Assembly: GCA_001687465.1 (NCBI GenBank)
Contig: LVLI01000415.1
Span: forward strand, 1-64,000
From: Halocafeteria seosinensis
Lineage: Eukaryota
Length of the DNA: 64,000 nucleotides
Direction: 5' to 3'
Both the position numbers and the translations under genes were made by a program. The notes under the pieces are model-generated. The model did no database searches, was not told where the DNA came from, and saw nothing but the letters and a program-made list of their open reading frames with translations. Each line of letters starts with the position of its first letter. Position 1 is the first letter of the stretch. This document shows positions 39,044 to 50,926 of the stretch, piece by piece.

Positions 39044-42000
39044 ATGAAGGCCACAGTAGTTGCTACGCTAATGGGTTCCCTTATGGTCGCACTCGCAGCT
39101 GGCACAGGTGATATGGGAACACGAAAAACCAAGCAGCACTATCGCAGGACGATGATGGAAAAAGCAGCATCCGAAGGAAAGCAACAAAATGAACACTGGT
39201 GTGGCCTAAGCCATCCGGAGATTGCCGACGAACTGGCCAAGACGCCGGAAGTTGTTAAGAACCAGGTTTATTCCAAGCAAAGAGGACGAGAATTGTCGAC
39301 TTTTGTGCCGATTGATGTAGCCCACAAGAACGGTGACACTGCACCGATTCGGATGAACGTAACATATGAAGCTTTGCAGGGACAGGACCCCATGCAATGC
39401 ATGACGGGTGAGTGTTTCCCGGAGAAACTGATGGCTACGTTGTTGAAGACTTTGAATTTCCCTTGCTTGTCACTTCAGTGGGCCAAGTAGTACGTCTGGA
39501 TGACCCAGACACTGGTCCTGAGTACACGTGCGAGTTAGAGGATATCATCGATCCGAGTCTAGACGACAAAGAAGACCCTACCGCGGATGAATTAAACACG
39601 CAACTGCGTTTTGATGTCATACGTAGACGAACAGAATGGGTACGTCAACCCGCATAGTCCATTCTGACAGTGTCATTGCGATGTTTGGGTTAGGGGAATG
39701 CAGGCTATGCGCTTTTGGAAGCAAGCAATTAGCCTCAAACCGGTTCAAGGCTCTATTGAAATTGATGAGCACATTGTGTAAGTCCCTTTGACCTTATGTT
39801 CCCGTTCCTTGTGCACACCAGTCACTCTGCTGATTTACTCAGTGATGCACACAAACTGAACACAACGAGATATGAAGAAACGGATCTGGTTATCATAATC
39901 GTAGCCCGTCCAGCGAAACAGTCAATAGCAGGTTAGCCTAACCAATTCTATATCGCTGTGGCAGGATAGCAAGAAACCGTCCACTACCGGGTATTGCAGG
40001 TACTGCCACTTGCTTACAGAGGGACCAGTTCAACCGATGTACAGTCGGACGTTTTCGATGGGTAAGTTTTATGCGATCATGCGTCACAGTCTTTCCCCTA
40101 ACAAGGTAGGAACTCCGCCTCATCAGGTTCCTTCCTTCCTTGATGTACCGAAGAGGAACACAGACTCGGTAATCGCTGCCGGGAGACACATTGCTGCTCA
40201 TGAAATTGGACATGTACGTATTCTGAGCTCAAAGATAGAGAACCATAAGTTTATGATATCCAGGGTACTTTACCCTCTGTGCAGCTTCTGGGGGCTATAA
40301 TCCCGGTGCAAAATTCTGGGAAAACAATGCACCTCGATGAGCAAGGAAATCTCCGGGAAAAAGAGAATATTACCATAACCGAACTGGACTCTGAAACGAA
40401 AGGCAATTTCAGAGGGTATCCCAAAGAAGTCCTTAAAATCGTGACTCCAGGCGTCGTTAAAATGGCTAGGGAACAGTTCGATTGCGATGAAATTGATGGA
40501 CTTCCTCTCGAGGATTTTTCTCTGGGAGTTGGAGCACACTGGGAAGCACGGTTGCTGGGTTCAGAATTCCTGAGCTATGGTTCCTCCACGGGAGAAGTTT
40601 ATGTATCCGATTTGACGCTAGCGTATTTGGAGGACACGAGTATGTCAGCCGTCGCTGATAGTTATATTTTTTGACCAAGCAATTGCTTTTCCTCTTGCGC
40701 AGAACAATACATTGCGAACTATTCTGTTGGCGGACCTTTAGTCGAGAGCACCGTTGACGACTTCAAAAACGCGGATCCAGACGACCTGGACACAAGTGTA
40801 AGTTTGTTAGACTTTGTTCTCTACCATAGCGACCCCTGAAGCTGAATTGGAAGACGCAGAGGAGTGCTGAATTCGATCCACCTCCGCAACTCTCCCCGGG
40901 GTATATTCGATGGGGGAGGTGGGAAGGATGCATCTTTGTTCGCGCAAACGCAAGATACTGGCCCAGTAGATACCTTTGCACAAAGAATGCCGAACACGCT
41001 TGCTCAGCTGACAATCGAATGTCCGCTGTCTGTGACATCCGGCAGTGGGATGAAACCGACATAAATAACGAGCTGGGCTCTAATTTCCTTCCAAGTTATT
41101 TTCAGTATTTTGACAAAAGCAATGGGAGCAAGGCTATTGAAGGAAGCGTAGAAGTCTCGAGGGTGGGCGGGTTTAGCATGAGTCTCGATTTCGTTCCAGT
41201 AAGTTTATATTTCAAATAGGAATTGTATCTATTAGCCAACTGTCTCTACTTCAATATGCTCTCAGGCCCCTGTTGGCTTTCGCAACTGTCGACACTCTGC
41301 TTTCGCTTCGACAGACGCCAACGAGAGAGAAGGAGCGGAGAGTGTGAATGTCGGCAATACTGATCAAATGGACCTATTTGGTACGTGACTGCATTCCTTT
41401 CAGGTGTCCAATCGAAGCGTTTATTGGTACTTGCAATATCTTGACAGGAGGCCAAGCAAACTGCCCCGAATGCCGTTGCATGCTATCCACGCTAGTAGAG
41501 TTGAACAAAATCGGACAATCCACACCCACATTCGGATTGTGCTATCGCACAAACTGTTATCGGGAAAACTATTTACAAGTCGGAGTTAAAGGAGCAATTA
41601 GTGGTGAAGTTAATTGGTGAGTTGGCTGACAAATGCGTCGAACTTTAAAAATTGAAAAAAAAAGACGAAGAAAACTTGGGGTACAGGTTTCGATGTACAA
41701 GAACTGGTGGAAAAATGTTTATTCCGGGATATTTTGGGACGTTACGCTGTCCAGAATCGAGAGAGTTTTGTCAGTATGAAACTATTACTGGAGTTAAGTT
41801 CCTCGAAAGCAACCGTTTCATTGAACTGATCTTATGGGCGATTGTCGGGTTCCTAACTATTCTACCGCTCATTCTAGCTTGCATCCCGTGCATTCATGGG
41901 CCTCTCGTACGTTGTTGTAAGAGAAAGTGCGGGGTGAATAACTTCTCCAAGTACGATGCGGCCGGGAATCAAGTCCCTTCGATTCACGAAATACCAAGCA

Positions 42001-43166
42001 AATTACATCAAAGGGTGGTTTGGGCGAACAGTGTCTTCTTTTTGCTGCTATCTGTGGGCATACTTGGTTTCTCGTCCTGGTGGATGGACCAGGGGAAGCT
42101 CAATGCCCATGCTATGATGCCAATCATGTTAGCCTGCGTCTGGGGTATTATTATTTCCTCACTTGGGATGATGAGCGCTAAGGAAACTAACCCAACGAGG
42201 TCTTGCGTGATTCTGATATACTTTTTCCTTGAGTTCTTTGTGACACTCTTGTCTCTTTGGGCTGCCATTTCATTATTGGTATCTGACGACCTATCGATGC
42301 TAGTGGAACGAAATTGGGACCTTATCTGCGATACATTTGAGGACCGTTGTACACCAACTGCTAACGAGGAAGTCCAAGAACAGGAGAGGGAAGAATTTAC
42401 CGAATACGCAGAGCAGCAAATGGAGATAATTGGAGGCTTGGCTTTACTTTTAGTCTTGTTTAATGTCTTGAGTCTATTCTCAACTAGCAGGTTGATAGGA
42501 GGCAAGACACTAACCTCAACGGCGTTGACAGTTATCAATAACATAGGGTTGGTATTATCCCTGGTTTTGATTGCCGCGGGAACATATTTGACTGTGGTTA
42601 CGGAGTTGAGGGCGGACATTGGCTATGTGTCCGGCTTGTTCCTAGCTGCTTCAGGCTTTATGATACTTAACTCCCCCCTGGGGCTATACGCTTCTCACAA
42701 GAAGCGAATAGGATTGCTGCGCTTACACATTGTGATCACGATTGCATATATCATCTTGCTTTTTTGTGCTACTGGATTTATCCTAGCTGCTGAAGATGAG
42801 GTGGGAAAACAAATTGATGGATTCAACGACGACCGGTTGGCAGAAATTGCGGACGCTATGGAGCTATCAATGTCCGAAGAAGAGATGAAAGCTCTAATCA
42901 AAGAGAACATTAAGCGAGTTGGCATCGCTGCTGCAGTCCTTTCGATCCTGCAGATTGTTCTGGTGATATCAACTTTTATGTATATTCACTACACTAGGGT
43001 AAGTTGCGAGACCACCGTTCCTCGTTCTCAAATACATGTACTTGAGCCCAAAAGTGTTTCGATACAGGTGCAACATGACCGATGGCTGGAAGAAGAGCAA
43101 AAGAAACGCAAAGAGAAAAAGAGCACTTCGCTTGTTCCCGATTATGATCGCGAAATAGAACTTTAG
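39044..43166 (+). CDS. Leishmanolysin-like (M8) metalloprotease fused to a TM and two tetraspanin-like modules, paralog 1
   Basis: Signal peptide, ATCLQRDQFNRCTVG, HEIGH (40199-40213), LED..GAHWEARL, SDLTLAYLED and a Cys-rich C domain. The long penultimate exon continues in frame into about 9 hydrophobic helices. Confidence 0.85.
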
Positions 43167-43597
43167 AGAATTCTCGTCAAGAATTTATTGAACCATGTAT
43201 TTGATAGATCTTCCGTATTGTTTCAATACACTTTGGCAGGCTCGCCTACCTATATTTATGCTGCTGTAAACACTGGAACGGTGGGTATTGTGGTAGAAAT
43301 ACAAGGTTGTGCGATAGTACATGTAGATGGCGGAAAATATTTCGGTTCGTAGTCACTTATCGACGACTAAGTTATCGTCAAGTTGTCAACCTGTTATCGA
43401 AGTTGTCTTCAACTTCAACGGTTTGTGTGCCCGGTTGCTTTCAAGCCGTTAGCAAGTAACACAGCAGTTATATTGGCGTGAATAGTAGGATTGCATCCCA
43501 GACATATACAGACAACGTCAGACGTGTATTTAATAAAAAGTTGTATGTGCTTGTGAGAGGTGATACCGAGCAATTGGGTATCGTTCGCGCAGAAGCA

Positions 43598-46500
43598 ATG
43601 AAGTTTTCACTAACTTGCATGGCCCTTTGTGGCCTTCTAGTCAGTGTTGCAGCCACCAAAAGCAAGGGTACGAGAAAATGGAAGCAGCATGACCGAGCAA
43701 GGGCGATGGAAGAAGCTAGTAAGGAAGCAACGAAACACAGCGAGCAATGGTGTGGACTAAGTCATCCCGAGCTTGCCGAAGCTATAGCCAAAAAGCCTGC
43801 CGTTCAAAGGCCCCAGCAATACTCCACAGCTAGGGGACGGGAGCTTGACGACTTTGTGCCGATTCAGGAGGCTCATGAAAGTGGGGAAACTGCCCCGATC
43901 CGAATAAATGTTACCTACGAAGCGCTTCATGGACAGGACCCCTTGCAGTGCATGGAAGGTGAGAAATGCTTCAGAAACCGACGTCAGATTGAAGCTGTAA
44001 CGTGCATACCAAATTCACTTTGCCTTGCAGTCGGGCAAGTAGTCCGTCTCGAAAGTGACAGTGGCCCCGAGCATACGTGTACTCTCGAAGATGTCGTCAA
44101 CCCCTCCCTGGATGACAAGAGTGATCCTACTGATGATGAATTACTCATCCAATTGCGGTATGATGTTGTTCAAAGAAGAACCGATTGGGTAAGTATTTGG
44201 TGCTGTTTAATTCTGTAAATGCTGCAATATTGGCGTCATGTTGTCTTCGGTATCATCAGGCTGCTCTATTTTGGAAGGACACGATGCACATTAAGCCACT
44301 ACAGGATACACTGGAAATTGACAGCGACGTGGTGTAAGACCAACAGTCGTAACAAAGACTTACAATCTTACTTTAGTAACTGTGCGGAGTGGTTTGAACG
44401 AACACAGGGAAGAATATGGACTCAATACATCTGCTTATACCAACACCGACCTAGTGGTCATAGTTGTGGCACGTCCGGCTGCGCAATCTATTGCAGGTAC
44501 AGATTGTTCATACATTGGATACCATAACGTGAGACTCACTAGTGTTTCGTGAATGTTGCTTCAGGCACTGCAACGTGCAAACAAAGAGACCAGTTTAATC
44601 GCTGTACCGTGGGAGAATTTCGTTGGGTACGTCGCATCACAACTCTTTTAAGAACCCAGCCTAAATCAAATTGTGCGATGGCGAACACTCAGGTACCTGC
44701 ATTCCTTAATGTCCCCGAGAGAAACACAGATCCGGCGATTGCTGCTGCGCGCCACATTGCCGCGCATGAAATTGCTCATGTAAGCTTTATCTAAGTGTCT
44801 TCGCCAGTAACAGAAGTAAACAGCCTAATACGCTGTTTTCGCAGCTTTTAGGAGCGGTCATACCAAACTCGGCAATGCACTTGGACGACGATGGGAACGT
44901 CCTTGATAAGGATGATATTACTATCACCGAGCTAGACTCGGATCCCCCGGGAGATCTCCGGGGATACCCAAAAGAGGTGGTGAAAGTCACGACGCCTCGT
45001 GTTGTTGAGACAGCTAGAAAGCAGTTTGGTTGCGATGAAATCAACGGACTGCCTTTGGAAGATTTTTCGTTGGGGGTCGGAGCTCACTGGGAAGCACGTT
45101 TGCTTGGTTCCGAATTTATGAGTTACGGTTCGTCAACAGGAGAAGTGTACATATCCGACTTGACGTTAGCCTATTTGGAAGATACAAGTAAGAGCAACGA
45201 CAAAGCTGAGTCGGTTTGGTGTCCCTTACCCTTTACTCCCCGCAGATCAATATATTGCGAATTACTCAATGGGAGGACCACTGGTTCAGGGATCTATCGA
45301 TGACTTCAGCGATGCAGACCCTGATGACCTTGATACAAGCGTAAGAAAACTTTAGTGGATTTTCCCACTGCACGAGTCGGACTGCACCTTCTTGTATGGA
45401 CGTTTGTCACAGGATAGTGTAGATTATGTTCCACCGCCGCCACTCTCCCCTGGATACATTCGGTGGGGCAGATGGGAGGGATGCATGTTCGTTCGCGCGA
45501 ATGCAAGATACTGGCCTAGCAGGTATATTTGCAAGAAAAACGGTGAACACGCTTGTTCGCCTGACAATAGAATGTCTGCCATTTGCGATGTTCGGGAGTG
45601 GAGTGAGACTGACATAGACAATGAATTCGACTCAAGTGTGCTTCCGGAGTATTTTCAGTACTTCGACTCTGGAAACGGCAGCGAAGCTGTTGAGGGAAGC
45701 GTAATTGTTGAGAGGCTCGGTGGCTTTAGTATAAGTGTGGACTTTGTTCCGGTACGTTTCAAGAATGGTGTTTCTTGCTGTGCAGAAATACCCTTGTCTT
45801 GTTCAAAACAGGCTCCCGTGGGTTTTCGTAACTGTCGTCACTCCGGCTTTGCATCCACGAGTGCTAATGAACGAGAGGGTGCAGAAGAGGTTAACCTGGG
45901 AAATACGGATCAGATGGATTTGTTTGGTATGTATTGTCACAGTGGCCAATGATACAGGCCTGAAGTGAATTGAGGTTTGCACGCGTCGACAGGTGGTCAA
46001 GCACATTGTCCGGAATGTCGGTGCTTACGGTCCACGCTTGTTGAGTTGTCCAAGCTCGGAACAATAACCCCTACATTTGGGCTCTGTTACCGCACGAACT
46101 GCTATCGTGAAAACTATTTGCAGGTCGGCGTGAAGGGTGCAATCAGTGGAGACGTAAATTGGTAAGGAGCACACAACAAAATCACGCTAGCGGCAATACC
46201 CATAATCGTAGTGACCTGGCTGTGCAGGTTCCAATGCGATCGTAATGGTGGAAAGCTATATATTCCCGGCTATTTTGGATCCCTGAGATGTCCAAACTCT
46301 AGAGAATTCTGCAAATACGAAACAATTACAGGCGTCAAATTTCTAGAGAGTAATCGTTTCTTCGAGCTTATTCTGTGGGCCATTGTTGGAGGACTGACAG
46401 CTCTACCTCTATTGTTACTATGTTTTCCATGTATTCATGGCCCCCTTGTAAAGTTCTGTAAGCGGAAATGCGGAGTGAACAACTTCTCCAAGTATGATTC

Positions 46501-47717
46501 TTCCGGGAATCAGGTGCCTTCAAGATATCAGATCCCCAAAAAAATCCATCAACGCGTCGTCATGGGCAACAGCGTATTATTTATGCTCCTCTCGATTGGG
46601 ATCCTGGGTATTTCATCTTGGTGGATGGACCAAGGAAAATTGACTGCGCATACGGTAATGCCGGTCATGTTGGTCAGTATCTGGGGTGTGATAGTATCTT
46701 CGCTGGGGATGATGAGTGCTACCGAAAGAAATCCGACGAGATCATGCATCATTCTCATCTACTTCTTTCTCCAATTGTTCGTTACGCTGATCTCCCTCTG
46801 GTCTGCGATATCTTTGCTTGTTGCAAATGACCTGGAAGTTTACGTGGAGAGGCATTGGGACCTTATTTGCGACACGTTTGAAGAGCGATGCACCCCGCAT
46901 GCAAGTGATGAAGTTCAAGAGCAGGAGATGGAAGACTTCACGGAGTATGCGGACAAATTCATGAATGCAATCGGAGGATTAGCTCTAGCTCTCGTTATTG
47001 CTAATGCAACAGCCCTTTTCTCTACCAGCAGACTTATTGGTGGAAAAACAATTACGTCGACAGCACTGACGGTAATCAACAATGTCGGGTTGATACTATC
47101 GCTTCTCCTGATTGCTGCGGGTATCTACCTCGCAGCTGTTACCGAGCTTGCGGCGAACATTGGACATTTCTCCGCCCTGTTCTTGACTGCAGCTGTCTTC
47201 ATGACCATTAATTCTCCTCTTGGTTTATACGCGGCGCACAAGAAAAAGATTGGCTTGCTGAAGCTACACATTGTTGTGACATTGTTGTATACGTTATTCT
47301 TAATTTGTACTAGTGGGGTGATTTTGGGTCAACGCGATGAAGTCAACAAAAAGATCGATGAGGTTAACGATGATCGGTTGGCCGAGGTTGCCGATGCATT
47401 CTCACTTTCGATGACAGAACAAGAGATGAAGATCCTCATCAAAGAAAACGTAAAACGCCTTGGCATCGCTGCCGGTGTTTTGGCAATATTAGAGATAGTC
47501 CTCATTGTGTCCACATTCACCTATATACATTACACGAAGGTAAGTGGAGGGACTCCGTGTCGTCCACCGGTACAGTCTTATGCATACATGTTTGTTTGCG
47601 ATGTGCCAGGTTCAACATGATCGATGGCTAGCGGAAGAACAGAAACGCCGGAAAGAACGAAAGGCCGTTTCTCTTGCACCCGGTCTCGATATCGACATTG
47701 ACGCAGAGCAGCATTAG
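43598..47717 (+). CDS. Leishmanolysin-like (M8) metalloprotease fused to a TM and two tetraspanin-like modules, paralog 2
   Basis: Tandem paralog with matching intron positions, HEIAH, GAHWEARLLGSEFMSYG and the same 9-TM C-terminus. It ends VQHDRWLAEEQ..EQH*. Confidence 0.85.
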
Positions 47718-47740
47718 TGTTCGCCGCCGCACTGGTGCGT

Positions 47741-49179
47741 TTAGGTGTTTTGGCTAATGCCTTGATCACGTTGGCGTTTCTCGTTTCGAGGCGTGGTGTC
47801 TTGTGTCCTTTGCTCATCACCATTGTCCTCTGTAGGTTGTCGTACAGTAGCCAAGACAAGGTCTGCATAAAATGATCTCCGAGAATGGGCCCCTGTAAAC
47901 CAATTCAAGTCCCAGCTATGTTAAACATAGGCGCAAAAAGCAATTTGAATACTACATGGTCTCAGCACCTCTTGTAGACAGTAACAGCGGTTGCCCAGGT
48001 TCATTCAGGTACATATTGACTTCTTCACATTCGACGTCCTTAGCTTCTGCAAACTGTAGCATCGCTTTGAATTCCTTTAACGGGAGAATCACTTCCAACT
48101 CAGAAACGGCTGTAGAAGGTATCACGAACGCTACCAGGAACAACAGCGAAACAAACTTAGCGAGGACATACCTAATTCACACCGGTGGAATTCATTCAAT
48201 GGAATAGACATAGCTGACTCTAAGTGGCCGTGGGAAGCTGCACTATAAATGAAGCCAGACCATTCCAAAATGAGGAACTGAACCGAGTGTATTGAGTTCC
48301 TTACCCACAGCGTCACTCGCGTTCCCGTATATGCTTTTGAAGTACAGTTTTTCGTTCGCAATCCCACAGCAAACCTCATCGGCAATGGGTACGCATTCAA
48401 TCATGCGTGCGAGACCTTGAGGCTTCCTTCCAAGGCTGCAGTCGATGTACTCTGGAAGGTGATATTGACTCTGGGGCGACGGTGCTACAGGACCGTACCA
48501 ATTCGGGCATTCATCCCTATTCACAACAGCTCTAAAAAGTTCACAGTCCTCACAGGCTATAGAATACCGCTTGAGAATTTCTGCAGTATACCGGCATCAA
48601 CCACAGTCCGTTGAGAAGACAGCACTTTGCTTGCGGTAACTTCACATACGATGCGAGCATTTGGCTTCCAGGATGAGAGTGTTAATATCCTCCGAGTTTT
48701 CTTCTGACCGTGCAGCTCCTTCGCGTTGTGTTTGCGTACTTCCGCCGAAATAAATCCTGAGGCACTCTAAACCTTTTAAATTCCTGAAGACATGCTGAAT
48801 AGCTTTCACAAGGAATTGGCATTTCACTGGTTTCCCTCGAGGAGGGCAATGGAAGCTCTGAAATGCTTCTGTATACAAAAAAGTGGCATGGATCATTCCT
48901 GTAAACGTCGTGAACGACCATCGACAGATTTCAGCAAGAAAACGCACCTGGACTGAAGTAGAAGGCGCAAAAGGAGGATTTGGAGTCATTCAATGACCGT
49001 AGTACGATCTGCAAAACGTCATCCGACTCTATTCTATGCAAATGCAGCCAGTCAGGCCGTCAGTACCTACGTACACCTTTGTGGGACCCTTCAAACAGCA
49101 CATAAGCGCCAATCTTGGATATACATTGTAAAGCCAGTCCCAGGACTCGCGTCGTATGAGGACTGGCAATGGCCTCCAT
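47741..49179 (-). CDS. RAD9: RAD9 checkpoint clamp (9-1-1) subunit (spliced)
   Basis: MEAIASPHTTRVLGLALQCISKIG.., VKCQFLVKAIQHVFRNL, LPLKEFKAMLQFAE..YLNEPGQPLLL and YADLVLATV parallel human RAD9A motifs (VLGKAVHSLSRIG, FCLKEFRGLLSFAE, FVLATL). Confidence 0.8.
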
Positions 49180-50926
49180 TCTCGGACGGCACACTTGCAC
49201 ACCAGACGAGCAAGTATTTCTTCTACTACCAATACTATCAAATCAGCGCCAAACACATTTTGTTACATTGTGTATGAACAGGAAGACCGTATTTGGATTC
49301 CTCGCCGAATCCTCGGCCATTTGAATTAAGAATTCGTTTGTGAACTTCAACTTCAATAGCAACAATCGATGAATGTGTTAGTGGGTTCTGGTTCATTTGT
49401 GTTATAATCACGTCGAAATTCCTCTTTCGCGAGGACCCACGAATCCACCCCGATATACGCGTACACAGATGGCTCTCTCATGTTAACAAGAGCCTTTCAG
49501 GCTTGGCCGCCTTGACGTTGGGAGGCAAGGCCAACAGTCAATTCCGGCCCACTGCAGGACCTACAACAGACTGTACCAACAACCCAGGGCGCTCCCCCAC
49601 GCTTATGGCAGACAGGGTCAGGCTGTCCCCTTTGTCTCCCCCGCGCCCATGACGGAGGATCTGTCCTCCCGTACACACTTCGGAGTAAATGAGGACTGAA
49701 AGAATTTCTGTTGCACGAAGTTTAATCCTGTCATTGGTATATTCAGCCTCTGGGGTCGGCCGGCGAGGGATACATTCCAAACGGGAAGAACATGGGCCAG
49801 AGTTCATTCAAAACACTCCAATTTGTTTTGTTGCCGTGTGCGTGCGTGGTTGACAGACAGCGCCCATGGGAACATCGTTTGGGCCTCTGCACTACCAAGC
49901 TATACAGTTTTCGTTCCTGTATTGGTTGGGACCGGTACAAAACGACGTTTCATCGTCGATCATCGTGGAACGATGCAATGGACCCTATCTAGGTTCAACT
50001 TATGGGAAATGGGGCTTTCAAAGCCTGATTTCCCAACTTCAACAATTGTCTATATGTACATCAATATACTACTTCATGAGATTCCAATCATACCATCCCA
50101 TTGCTCTGCTCCGAGTGCTTCTGTCCCGCTCAGCTCCACCGCCTTTCATTTCTTCGTTGTTTGCTTTTCCAGGTTCAGTAACTTTTTTTCTTGAGTTGAG
50201 TTTCCTCTGTTCAGCTTGCTTGCTCATTGCTCCAATATAGAAGCTACAGTACCAGGCTTCGGGTGATAGACAGCGCCCACTAACACCTGACTTCGTGCCA
50301 CTGCCCTGCAGGCCCCGCGATAAGCCGTCGTAACCGATGCCATTAGCATGCTAAATGTGCTCATGACAGCATTGTAAAAGTTTCTCTTTCCGTGCATGCA
50401 AGAACTGTTCAATCTAACAAAACCATGAGTTCCTGCCTGCTAGCTTCCCAAACCAAGCGTTCTGGTTCTTGAACAGCATTCATCATCATGAGCACCCTGG
50501 GCAACAGCCTGTATCCTCTGGTGTCTCGGTTCCATACACGCCGGTTAGAAATCATCTTTCATGGGTACCAAATCGGAAATGTAGCATACTATCCTTCATT
50601 AACGTCGGCTACCTCCCGCTCCCCTGAGGCAGCTTTGTGAATGTCGCCCAAGAACAACAAAAAGGTTTTAAAGGGGCCCTACGGGGGATGGGAAACCAAG
50701 CTTAGGGCTCCCAGGTTTATCCCCTCCGGTACGGAAAGAAACGGCCGAGGTACAGGTACAGTACGGTTTTGTACCTGACACCCTACCCACGCCCTATCCG
50801 TATCCTAGACATTTCCTCCGAGAACAACGTCCACTTCAGAGTACATGGTCGTGTTATGTTTGTTACCACGTTGGCTTCATTTGTCACAGGAGAAAGCAAT
50901 AAAGACGTGAAGTGAAAACTGAGATC

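Noticed and set aside
49300..50800. Short ORFs between RAD9 and the third protease
   Set aside because: No recognisable motif or coherent exon chain.
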